The notes beneath the pieces were generated by a model. It was not told the DNA's origin. It saw only the letters and a program-made list of their open reading frames with translations, and did no database searches. A stretch of 64,000 bases of DNA, from contig CAVPDB010000009.1 of assembly GCA_963702545.1 (NCBI GenBank), positions 199,743 to 263,742 on the forward strand, read 5' to 3'. This DNA is from an uncultured Acidobacteriota bacterium. GTDB taxonomy: Bacteria; Acidobacteriota; Polarisedimenticolia; J045. The position numbers and the translations under genes were made by a program. This document shows positions 8,975 through 20,151 of this stretch, one piece after another. The first letter of the stretch is position 1, and every line of letters starts with the position of its first letter.

Positions 8975-9675
8975 ATGATCAAGCTGCGCAAGGCCGAGGA
9001 CCGCGGCCACGCCGACCACGGCTGGCTCGACACCTGGCACACCTTCTCGTTTGCCGACTACTACGACCCGGAACACATGGGCTTCCGCGCGCTGCGTGTC
9101 ATCAACGACGACGTCGTCGCGCCGGGCCGCGGCTTCGGGACCCACCCGCACCGCGACATGGAGATCGTGACCTACGTGCTGGAGGGGGCGCTGGCCCACA
9201 AGGACAGCATGGGCAACGCCTCGACCATCGTGCCGGGCGAGGTCCAGCGGATGAGCGCCGGGACCGGCGTGCTGCACAGCGAGTTCAACCACTCGAAGAC
9301 CGACCGGGTCCACCTGCTGCAGATCTGGATCCTGCCGGACGCGCACCGGGCTCGCGCCGTCCTACGAGCAGACCTTCTTCCCCGACGACGGAGAAGCGGG
9401 GCCGGCTGCGGCTGGTCGCCTCGCCCGACGGCGCGGACGGCTCGGTCACGATCCACCAGGACGCGCGGCTCTACGCCACGCTCCTGGAGCCGGGCCAGGA
9501 GGTGGCGCACGACCTGGCGCCGGGCCGGCACGCCTGGGTCCACGTCGCGCGCGGCAAAGCCAGCCTCAACGGGCAGCCGCTCGAAGCCGGCGACGGGGCC
9601 GCGATCAGCGCCGAGGAGCGGCTCGTGCTGCGCGGCGACGGCCGGGCCGAGGTCCTGCTCTTCGACCTGGCCTGA
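8975..9675 (+). pseudogene. Pirin family protein, reading frame broken twice (+1 near 9347 and +1 near 9390)
   Basis: RBS GGGAGGT, ATG at 8975. [32 protein letters not shown]...[12 protein letters not shown] is a cupin/pirin signature. [11 protein letters not shown] and then [25 protein letters not shown] continue in the two other frames. Confidence 0.85.
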
Positions 9676-9784
9676 CGGGGCCCCGCGCGCCCCGCCGCGC
9701 CCCGGGGCCGCCTCCCGGCGGCCCGGGGCGCGCCCGTCCCGGGTGCTAGATTCCTCCCTCGCCCCGCACCCGGAGCCCCGCCCG

Positions 9785-11058
9785 ATGCCGAAGAGCAAGG
9801 TCGCGATTCTCAAGACGACGCCGCGCACCGTCCTGTCCGACTACCACGAGCTGCTGAACCTGGCCGACTACCAGCAGGTCGTCGCGCGGGACGCCGACAC
9901 GGCGCTGAAGGTCAACATTTCCTGGCACTTCTTCTTTCCGGCCAGCTCGACCACGCCCTGGCAGCTCGAGGGCGTGATCCGGGCGATGAAGGCCGACGGC
10001 TACGACCCGAACCTGATCCACGCCTGCCACAACCGGACGGTCGTGATCGACGCCCGCCTGGGCGAGCGCGAGAACAAGCAGGTGAACGTGGTCGAGGCCC
10101 ACGGCCTGCGCAACGTCCACCTCTACGACGACGGGAACGAGTGGATCCCGGTCGGCGAGGCGGTGGGCGACCTGACGAAGAAGTTCCTCTGCCTGAACCA
10201 GGTCTATCCCGACGGGTTCATGATCCCGAAGCGCTTTCTCGGCGAGAACATCATCCACCTGCCGACCGTCAAGACCCACGTCTTCACCCACACCACCGGC
10301 GCGATGAAGAACGCCTTCGGCGGGCTGCTCAACGAGCGGCGCCACTGGACCCACCCGGTCATCCACGAGACGCTGGTCGACCTGCTGATGATCCAGAAGA
10401 AGATCCACCGCGGCGTCTTCGCGGTGATGGACGGGACCTTCGCCGGCGACGGGCCGGGGCCGCGCTGCATGCTGCCGCACGCCAAGAACGTGATCCTGGC
10501 CAGCGCCGACCAGGTCGCGATCGACGCCGTGGCCGCGAAGCTGATGGGCTTCGACCCGCTGTCGATCAAGTTCATCCGGCTGGCCCACGACGCGGGCCTG
10601 GGCTGCGGCGACCCGCGCGAGATCGAGATCGTCGGCGATGCGAGCCGCGGCCGCCGAGAACTGGCACTTCGACGGGCCCTACAAGAAGATGACCTTCGCC
10701 TCGCGGATGCAGCACCAGGATCTACTGGGGCCCGCTCAAGGGGCCGATCGAGTGGTCGCTCAAGACGGTGCTCGCCCCCTGGGCCTACGTCGCGAGCGTG
10801 GTCTACCACGACAGCCTCTGGTACCCGCTCAAGGCGAAGAGCGCGATGCGTGCGGCGCTGGCCTCCGACTGGGGCCGGCTCTTCCAGAACTGGGAGACGC
10901 TGACGCCCGACGCGCAGGGCTTCCCGCAGGTCGGAGACGCGGCGGCCGAACTGAAGACCACGGGTGCGGCCGCCTTCGCGCGCTCGCTGGGGATCCTCGG
11001 GACCTGCGTGCGCGAGGCGCCTGAGTTCGCTGCGCGGCGCCGGCGGGCGGCGCGCTGA
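9785..11058 (+). pseudogene. DUF362 domain protein, frame broken twice (near 10643 and 10718)
   Basis: Starts [11 protein letters not shown]... The central [22 protein letters not shown] motif is typical of DUF362. The C-terminus continues as [21 protein letters not shown] and then [31 protein letters not shown] in shifted frames. Confidence 0.8.
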
Positions 11059-11061
11059 CGG

Positions 11062-12980
11062 ATGGACCGGGGCCGCCGCGAGAGGTTCGGGCTGGGGAGC
11101 TTTACGCTGCTGTTCGGGGCGCTGGCGGCGGTCTCGCCGCTCCTCACCGACGCCAACCCGTGGACCCTGATCGGCCTGCTGCTCGCCGTCACCGGCGCGA
11201 TGCAGGCCTTCCACAGCTTCCGCCGCGTCGACCTGGCGGAACGCCGGTCGGCCTACTGGTCCGGCCTGACCTCGATCTCGGCCGGGCTGCTGGTGCTGGC
11301 GGCCCCGCTGCTGGTCGCGCAGGGGCTGGTGCTGCTGCTGGCCGGGATGTTCGTGGTCGAGGCGGCGCGCAAGGTCGTCGCCGTGGCCCGCGGGACCGAC
11401 GACCGGGCGGAGCGGCTGCGCGGCGTTGCCGGCGCGGCGGCGAACGCTCTGCTCGCGATCGTGATTCTCGCGCTGGGGCGTCGCTCGCCCGAGTGGGCGA
11501 TCGCGATCACGGCGGGCCTTCGCATCGTCATGGCCGGCTGGAGCATGGTCACCGCCCCGGTCCACGCGCTCCGCGAGGCGGGCGAGGCCGTGCTGGCCGA
11601 CCTGGACCTGCCCGACGACCCGCGCGCTCGGGCGGCGGCCGAGGTGGTGGTCGAGGCCGAAGCCCGCCGGCAACCGATCGACCGCGGGTGGATCGTCGCC
11701 TTCATCCTCACCCTGTTCGCGATCCACGTCGGGCGGATGCAGGTCGACTGGACGCTCGTCGGACTGATCTCGCCGCTGTTCGCGGTGCTCGGCGACGTGC
11801 TGATGGCGCTGCTCATCGCCTATGGCCTGGTGATTCCGGCCCGCTCGCTGCTGCGTCGCCTGGTGCGTCCCTTGGCGCAGCGGACGACGAGCCGGATGCT
11901 CGCCACTGCCGCCGGCAGCGTTGCCGCGCCCGGCCTGCTCGGCTGGCTGCGCCGGGCCTGGCTGCGCCAGCGGCTGCACGATGAGGTCCAGTCACGCTTC
12001 GCCCGCTACTCGGTTCCGGCCGCGCTCGTTTACGGGCTCCAGACCGGCCTGCCGATCGTCGCGATCCTGGTCGCGACCGTTCCGGTCTGGGGGATGAGCT
12101 GGTACTTCGACTCGGAGAACTGGGCGGCCGGGATCTACAACTCCTGGGCCGAGCACCGCACCGACACCTGGCGCGCGGCGATGGTCCGCGCGGTCGAGTC
12201 GACGGTACCGCCGCCGGCCGGCTTGCCGTCGCGGTTCGCGGTCGCGCCCGACGGCGCGACCGGGAGCGCCGACTTCTCCTTCCTCGTGATCGGCGACACC
12301 GGGGAAGGGGACCCCAGCCAGCGCGTGCTGCAGGACCGCTACCAGTCGCTCGCGGCGCGCGAGGACGTGAAGTTCGTCGTGATCTCCTCCGACGTGATCT
12401 ATCCGACCGGCGCGATGGTCGACTACGAGACCAACTTCTGGCTCCCCTTCAAGGGGGTGACCAAGCCGGTCTACGCGATCCCGGGCAATCACGACTGGTA
12501 CGACGCGCTGGAGGGGTTCAACGCGACCTTCCTGGCCGAGCCCGCGGCGCGCGCGGCGATCGAGGCCCGCGTCGTCGCCGATGGCCGGCTCTCCGGGACC
12601 ACGCCACGGCGAATCGACGCGCTGCTTCGGCAGGCGGCGTGGCTGCGCTCGCAGTACCGCGTTCCGACCGGCCTTCAGCAGGCCCCGTTCTTCGAGGTGC
12701 AGGCCGAGCGCTTCGCCCTGATCGCGGCCGATACCGGCGTCGTGAAGAAGCTCGACGCCGCGCAGCTGGCCTGGTTCAAGGACGCGCTGGCGCGGGCCCG
12801 CGGGAAGTTCCGGATGGTGATCCTGGGCCACCCGATCTACGCCGGCGGCGACGACGGGACCGACGGGTACGGGCCGTTCGCCGCGCTGCACCGGCTGCTG
12901 CGGCAGGAGGGGGTCGAGGTCGTGATGGCCGGTGACACCCACGATCTCGAGTACTACCGCGAGGAATACGCTGGCCCGGT
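11062..12980 (+). CDS. Membrane-anchored metallophosphoesterase (calcineurin-like), 3'-truncated at a sequence breakpoint
   Basis: About 330 aa of multi-helix membrane region, then GDTGEGD, PGNHDWY, ILGHPIY and AGDTHDLEYY phosphoesterase motifs. Family similarity ends near EEYAGPV, where the sequence becomes homologous to nt ~20,770 of this window. Confidence 0.8.
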
Positions 12981-13898
12981 GAAGTCCTGGATAACGTCAT
13001 TCGCAACAACGGCGGGAGCGGGATCTTCATCGACTCGAATTTTGGTAACCTGGTGCATGGGAATCAGATCTACAGCAACGCCGATGACGGCGTGACCATC
13101 GTAGGCGGCGACGCGTCCTACCACATTCAAATCACGCAGAACGATATCCACGACAACGGGGACCAGTCGATCGACCTGAACGACGACGGAGCGTCGGAGA
13201 ACGACCTGGGCGACCCGGATGCAGACGCCAACGGCACCCAGAATTACCCTGTGTTGGTGCGGGCGCGGCCGATTTCCGGCGGTGCTGTTGTGGAGGGGTA
13301 TCTCAACAGCATTCCAGGCGAGGAATATGGTATCGAGTTGTTTGGTGGCGCCAAGTGTGGCCAGGGCCCGCAGGCGTTCTTGCCAAGCATCCCATACACG
13401 ATCAGCCTGCCGACGGGCACAGGCTTTTTCAGCGTGACGGTCATGCAGCCGGTGGCGCTGGGGACCGCCATCCAGGCGACGGCGACGAGGGGGCCGTTTA
13501 TTGGAAGTAGTGAGACCTCGGAGTATTCTGACTGCGTCATTGCGGGACCGGGCAACGACTCATGGCCGAAGGCACTGCGGACAAACGTGCCGGCGAGCGC
13601 AGCAGCCGTCAGTGCAGCGGAGGCGGCGGAGGTGGCCCAGGCGTGCTGGCGTGACCGAGGTGGACGCCACGACCGGCGTGGTGACCATGACGCAGTACAT
13701 CGATTCGCTGGGGCAGTCGCGCTGGTTCAAATTCAAGATCCGGCCCAATAGCCAGCTCATCGTGACGTTGACGGGGCTGCCGAGGAAGGGGCTGCCAGCG
13801 AACTACGACCTGACATTGTACAAGGACATTGCGCCGAGTATCAAATTCGGCGGATCCGAGAACGCGAGTGATTTGACGCTCATATGCGGCAGTTTCGA

Positions 13899-14050
13899 CG
13901 TCGGCGTTTGCTCCGTCGTCATTTGCGCCGTCGTTGTTTGCGCCGTCGTCGTTTGCGCCGTGCGTCGTTTGCGCCGTCGTCGTTTGCGCCGTCGTCGTTT
14001 GCGCCGTCGTCGTTTGCGCCGTCGTCGTTTGCGCCGTCGTCGTTTGCGCC
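13899..14050. repeat. 15-bp tandem repeat GCGCCGTCGTCGTTT (~10 units; APSSF / RRLRR / VCAVV in the three frames)
   Basis: Direct reading of the sequence. One unit carries an extra g near 13962. Confidence 0.9.
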
Positions 14051-17000
14051 GGCGGCGTACAGTCCTGACTCCTACAGCTCGTCGTCGTACAGCCCATGGG
14101 CATTCGACCAGGACGCATTCAGTCGGCGGCTTCAGTCGCCAGTGCCTACAACCCATCCACCTTCGACCCCAAGTCGTTCACGGGCGCACAGACTTGAGCC
14201 TGGTGGGGGTTTCGGCGTTCGAGGGAACGTCGAGAGAGGGGTCTGATCATGAATACGTGGCTGAACGACGGGGACTTCTACGTACGGGTGCGAGGGCGTG
14301 ACGGTGCGTTCAGCCTGGATGCGCCGTTCGCCCTGACGGTGCAACTGGAGCCGGGCCCCTGTGCGAATGCGTTCGACACGCCGCTGCCGGCGACGTCGCT
14401 GGCGCCGCAGGCTGGCGGATTCAAGAGCATCATCCTGGTCGATCGGGCCCGCATGAACGCGGCGTACGGTAAGCCCAGGTCAACGCCATGCTGGCGAAGT
14501 TGAAGAACTCCGGCTGCGCCCCGAAGTGAACGGCGGGATCCTCGACATAAGCCAGGATGCGCGGGTGGCGGCTGCGAACCAGCGGGCGGACCAATACTAT
14601 GTGTGTCCGTACGGGAAGAACGTCGTGGCGGAGTCGATCAAGGCGATCGTGGATGCGTATCGCAGGGTGAACCCGCTGGAGTACGTGGTCATCGTGGGCG
14701 GGGACAACAGCATCCCCTTCTTTCGCTACCCGGACAACGCACTGTTGGGACCCGAGTCGGACTACTTCCCGCCGGTGCTGGACTTCAGCTCATCGCAGGC
14801 GGGGCTGCGGCTGAACTACGTCCTCAGCCAGGATGGCTACGGCGCATCTGAGTTTCTATCTCTCAATGGCACGGAATTTCCGGTACCCGACCTGGCGGTG
14901 GGGCGCCTGGTGGAGACGCCTGGGGACATTCTGAAGCAGCTTGGATGCCTACTTCCTGACGACCAACGGGGTGGCGCCGGCGCCGCAGGCCGCACTGGTA
15001 ACCGGCTACGACTTCATGGAGGACGTCGCCCAGGCGGTGAAAGGTGAGCTCGGCACGGCACTAGGGGCGGGCAAGACAGTCGATACGCTGATCACGCCGA
15101 ATACGGTGTCACCGCTGGACCCGCAGTCGTGGACTGCGTTTCAGTGGACGAGAAGCTGCACAGTCGGCGCTACGATCTGGTGTTCCTGGCGGGGCATTTC
15201 GCGGCTGACAATGCGCTGGCGGCGGACTTCCGACGGCACTGCTGCCGACCGACATACTGTCGTCGACGGTGGACATGCGGAATGCCCTCTTCTATAGCAT
15301 GGGTTGCCATTCCGGGTACAACGTCGTGAACGAGCATCGTATCCCCAACGTGACCTCGGAACTGGACTGGGCGTCGGCGTTTGCGGAGAAGGGTGTGACC
15401 TGGATCGGCGGGACCGGCTTCCAGTACGGCGACACGGAGTTCATCGAGTACAGTGAGCGGCTCTACCTGGACTTCACCGCAACCTGCGCTACGAGGATCC
15501 GGGCGATCCGGCGGGGGCGCCCGTGGCCATCGGCAAGGCGCTGGTGCGGGCCAAGCAGCGCTATCTGGCACAGACGCCGGCGATGAAGGGGATCCACGAG
15601 AAGTCGCTGCTGATCCCGACAATCTATGGGCTGCCGATGTTCAGCATCGACTTCCAGGGTGCGGCGTGGACGCCGGCGGCGCGCCGGTCGCTCTTCACCA
15701 GCACGCGCCGCCGGTCGTGACTGGTCTGCCCGGCTCGGCGCTGCAGATGCGCCAGACGGACATCACGGTGACGCCGGTGACGACCGAGACGCTGAAGACG
15801 CTGAAGGACGTGGACACGGGGCAGCCGGTGGTGGCGAGTTACCTGCGCGGCCGGGACGGGGCGCTGACCGAATCCGTCGGAGCCGACGCTGCCGGTGGAG
15901 GGGGTGAACCTCAGCGCGCCGGATAACGCCTTGCGCGGCGTTGGGTTCCGCGGCGGTGACTTCTGTGACGTGCCGAACATCATCCCGCTGACGGGTGCGC
16001 CGGCGACGGAGATTCGGGGCGTCTACACGCCGTTCTACAGCAAGACCTGGTTCCCCTTACAGCCGTGGAGCGTCAACTACTACGACGTGCTGGGGCAGGG
16101 GCCGGGGGCGTGGGGGACGCGGCTGTACGTCATGCCGGCGCAGCACCGGTCGACCGGGCCCGGGACGTTGACCAGCATCCGGCGGCAGTTCAGCGAGATG
16201 GTGTTCCGGCTCTTCTACAGCGCAAACACCTCGTCCATCGGGGAAGGTAGCGCCAAGAGTACCGCCGGCCCTGGCCGACACGCCGACCATCGTGACGGTG
16301 AGCACGCCGGAGGCGCCGGACAAGGCTGCGCTTCCTGTTAGCGTGTGGTGGGGAATCCGGCGGCGGGGGTGCACGCGGTGTGGGTCACATGGACACGAAA
16401 CGGCGTTGCGTGCAGCCAATGGCAGTCGATCGATCTCGTCGAGAGCAGCCAGGATACGACGAAGTGGGGAGGCGTGCTGACCCTGCCGGCGGGCGTCGCA
16501 CCGAAGGATGTGCGTTTCATCGCACAGGCGGTGAATGGCGTGGGAGTCGTTGGGCTGTCCAACAACATGGGCCGGTACTACGGCGACGCGGGCAGCCTGG
16601 CGTCGGAGCTCCTGCCGACGACGCTGACCCTGGAGCCGCTGGCCACCACCATGGGTGCGTTCTCCACCAAGGCGACGTTCGCCGCCGTGCTGCGGGATGG
16701 GAGCAACAATCCCGTGGCAGGCCGTACCGTCGTCATCGGCTTGGGTGCACAGGAGCAGTTTGCGGTGACGGATGGTGCGGGTCGGGCGGCGGTGACCATG
16801 CCGCTCCTGCTGCAGTCGGGCGCCTATCCGGTCCACGCGTCGTTTGACGGCGACGCTCAGTACACGCCATCGTCGGCGAGCAGCCCCGACCAGTTCACGG
16901 TGACACGCCAGGGGACGGCGATCCAGGTGGATCCGGTTGTGGCTGTCAGTGCTGCCGCGGGGTCATGGGTCGCGGCGGCCAATGACCCCGCGGCAGCGCA

Positions 17001-17221
17001 GTTCATGGCGACGCTCTTCGACGTGGATGGCGTGCGCCTGTTAGCCCAGAGTGTCTTCTTCGAATTCTCGGGGGGTGGGCAGGTCATCACCAAGCCGGTC
17101 CAGACCAATCTGATGGGCGAGGCCATTGTGACGGTTCCGGCGCTGCCGCCGGGCGCCTACATGCTGACCGTCATGTTCACCGGCACCGGGTCTTACTTGC
17201 CGGCCATCGTGACATTCGGCG

Positions 17222-19790
17222 TTAAACAGTCGCAGGAAATTAGCTTTGCGCCGCTGCCGGACAAGCGGCTGAACGATCCGCCGTTCAGCGTGTCGGCGAC
17301 GGCATCGTCGGGGCTGCCGGTGAGCTTCGCCAGCACGACTGCTGCGGTCTGTACGGTGACGGGAAACAGCGTGACGTTACAGGGGGTCGGCAGTGCAGCA
17401 TTGTGGCATCACAGGCTGGCAACGATGCGTTCAGCGCTGCGCCGAACGTGGTGCGCACCTTCACGGTGGCCGCCGCCGCGCTGCAGTCCCAGACGATCGA
17501 TTTCACGCCGCTGCCGGACAAGCGGCTGAACGATCCGCCGTTCAGCTTGTCGGCGACGGCATCGTCGGAGCTGGCGGTGAGCTTCGCCAGCACGACACCT
17601 GCAGTCTGTACGGTGACGGTAAACACCGTGACGTTACAGGCGGTCGGCCAGTGCAGCATTGTGGCATCACAGGCTGGCAACGGTGCGTTCAGCGCTGCGC
17701 CGAACGTGGTGCGCACCTTCACGGTGGCCGCCGCCGCGCCGCAGTCCCAGACGATCGATTTCGGGCCGCTGCCGGACAAGCGGCTGAACGATCCGCCGTT
17801 CAGCTTGTCGGCGACGGCATCGTCGGAGCTGGCGGTGAGCTTCGCCAGCACGACACCTGCGGTCTGTACGGTGACGGGAAACACCGTGACGTTACAGGGG
17901 GTCGGCCAGTGCAGCATTGTGGCATCGCAGGCTGGCAACGATGCGTTCAGCGCTGCGCCGAACGTGGTGCGCACCTTCACGGTGGCCGCCGCCGCACCGC
18001 AGTCCCAGACGATCGATTTCGGGCCGCTGCCGGACAAGCGGCTGAACGATCCGCCGTTCAGCTTGTCGGCGACGGCATCGTCGGGGCTGGCGGTGAGCTT
18101 CGCCAGCACGACACCTGCAGTCTGTACGGTGACGGGAAACACCGTGACGTTACAGGCGGTCGGCCAGTGCAGCATCGTGGCATCGCAGGCTGGCAACGAT
18201 GCGTTCAGCGCTGCGCCGGACGTGGTGCGCACCTTCACGGTGGCCGCCGCCGCGCTGCAGTCCCAGACGATCGATTTCGGGCCGCTGCCGGACAAGCGGC
18301 TGAACGATCCGCCGTTCAGCGTGTCGGCGACGGCATCGTCGGGGCTGCCGGTGAGCTTCGCCAGCACGACACCTGCAGTCTGTACGGTGACGGGAAACAG
18401 CGTGACGTACAGGGGGTCGGCCAGTGCAGCATCGTGGCATCACAGGCTGGCAACGATGCGTTCAGCGCCGCGCCGAACGTGGTGCGCACCTTCACGGTGG
18501 CCGCCGCCGCGCCGCAGTCCCAGACGATCGATTTCGGGCCGCTGCCGGACAAGCGGCTGAACGATCCGCCGTTCAGCGTGTCGGCGACGGCATCGTCGGG
18601 GCTGCCGGTGAGCTTCGCCAGCACGACTGCTGCGGTCTGTACGGTGACGGGAAACAGCGTGACGTTACAGGGGGTCGGGCAGTGCAGCATTGTGGCTTCA
18701 CAGGCTGGCAACGATGCGCTACAGCGCCGCACCGAACGTGGTCCGCACCTTCACGGTGGCCGCTGCCGCGCTGCAGTCCCAGACGATCAATTTCGGGCCG
18801 CTGCCGGACAAGCGGCTGAACGATCCGCCGTTCAGCTTGTCGGCGACGGCATCGTCGGGGCTGGCGGTGAGCTTCGCCAGCACGACTCCTGCGGTCTGTA
18901 CGGTGACGGGCAAACACCGTGACGTTACAGGCGGTGGGCCAGTGCAGCATTGTGGCTTCACAGGCTGGCAACAGTGCGTACAGCGCTGCGCCGAACGTGG
19001 TCCGCACCTTCACGGTGGCCGCTGCCGCGCGGCAGTCCCAGACGATCAATTTCGGGCCGCTGCCGGACAAGCGGCCGAGCGATCCGCCGTTCAGCCTGTC
19101 TGCGACGGCATCGTCGGGGCTGGCGGTGAGCTTCGCCAGCACGACCCCTGCAGTCTGTACGGTGACGGGCAACACCGTGACGCTGCTGGCGGTGGCCAGT
19201 GCAGCATTCTGGCTTCGCAGGCCGGCGACAGTGCCTACACGCCGCACCGAACGTGGTCCGCACCTTCATGGTGGCCGCCGCCGCGCATCAGTCCCAGACG
19301 ATCGGTTTCGGGCCGCTGCCGAACAAGCGGCTGAGCGATCCGCCGTTCAGTGTGTCGGCGACGGCATCGTCGGGGCTGACGGTGAGCTTCGCCAGCACGA
19401 CTCCTGCGATCTGCACGGTGACGGGCAACAGCGTGACGTTACTGGCGGTGGGCCAGTGCAGCATTCTGGCATCACAGGCTGGCAACAGTGCCTACAGCGC
19501 CGCGCCGAACGTGGTCCGCACCTTCATGGTGGACACCGCGCTGCAATCCCAGACGATCGATTTCGGGCCGTTGCCCGACAAGCGGCCGGACGATCCACCG
19601 TTCAGCTTGTCTGCGACGGCATCATCGGGGCTGGCGGTGAGCTTCGCCAGCACGACTCCTGCGGTCTGCGCGGTGACGGGCAACACCGTGACGCTACTGG
19701 CGGTCGGCCAGTGCAGCATCCTGGCTTCGCAGGCAGGCAACAGTGAGTTCGGCGCCGCACCGAACGTGGTCCGCACCTTCGTGGTGTCGA
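17222..19790. repeat. Tandem array of ~10 x 261-bp units (87-aa Ig-like module SQTIDFGPLPDKRLNDPPFS.SATASSGL.VSFASTTPAVCTVTGN.VTLQ.VGQCSIVASQAGN.AFSAAPNVVRTFTV)
   Basis: CAGTCCCAGACGATCGATTTC recurs at a 261-bp period (about 17484, 17745, 18006, 18267, 18528, 18789...). Units are roughly 90% or more identical by eye. Confidence 0.9.
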
Positions 19791-20151
19791 ACGGTCAGAC
19801 ATGCTACCTGCCGATCATGTCGGAGCGTAGCATGCTACTGCCGGTCATCGAGGTGAGTCCGAGGCCGCTTGACCGCCGGCCTATCCGGCGATCGCTTCTT
19901 CCGGAAACGGAACAGATGAGTCGCCGCCTGTGCCTGCCGAGCGGCGGTGGTAGACTGTGGTGCCAACTTCGCGGCTGGAGCCCGGCAGATGGTTGAGATC
20001 GAGCTGTGCTCTGCAATGCTCCCCGGTAGTGTCGTACATCACTGTTTGGCTGTCGACGTGGTGTATAAGACGGATGGGGATTCGTCCGCTGGACGGATCG
20101 TGGGGATTGAGCCTTGGCCGTCGCCAGGGAAAGAAATCGAGGAGACCTGAC

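Larger units (their letters stand above)
12981..19996 (+). pseudogene. Giant surface protein copy A (5'-truncated, multiply frameshifted): beta-helix, PPC domain with APSSF repeat, peptidase C25-like domain, 2 Ig-like domains, ~10 x 87-aa Ig-like repeats, YLPIM C-terminal motif
   Basis: Stitched from ORFs 13053.., 13501.., 13884.., 14249.., 14526.., 14941.., 15269.., 15895.., 16345.., 17403.., 18424.., 18690.., 18919.., 19199...
- Beta-helix: NNGGSGIFIDSNFGNLVHGNQIY.
- PPC: SRWFKFKIRPNSQLIVTL...NYDLTLYKD.
- C25 hallmarks: EYVVIVGGDNSIPFFRYPD, PVPDLAVGRLVE, LVFLAGHF (His), FYSMGCHSGYN (Cys). Confidence 0.75.

Noticed and set aside
8126-10903. 925-aa plus-strand ORF that looks like one giant protein
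   Set aside because: It is a read-through composite: antisense of the dienelactone hydrolase gene, then pirin, then DUF362, all in one stop-free frame. The real genes have their own RBS and ATG (8975, 9785).
17285-18367. 360-aa minus-strand ORF (and 18573..19247 etc.) across the 261-bp repeats
   Set aside because: This is the antisense shadow of the repeat array. It inherits the periodicity but has no independent start context, and the plus-strand frame carries the Ig-like module pattern continuous with upstream domains.
13899-19790. The 15-bp and 261-bp repeat arrays as possible CRISPR arrays
   Set aside because: The units are contiguous with no unique spacers. They are in frame with the flanking protein domains and encode recognisable peptide modules. 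No cas genes are in the window.
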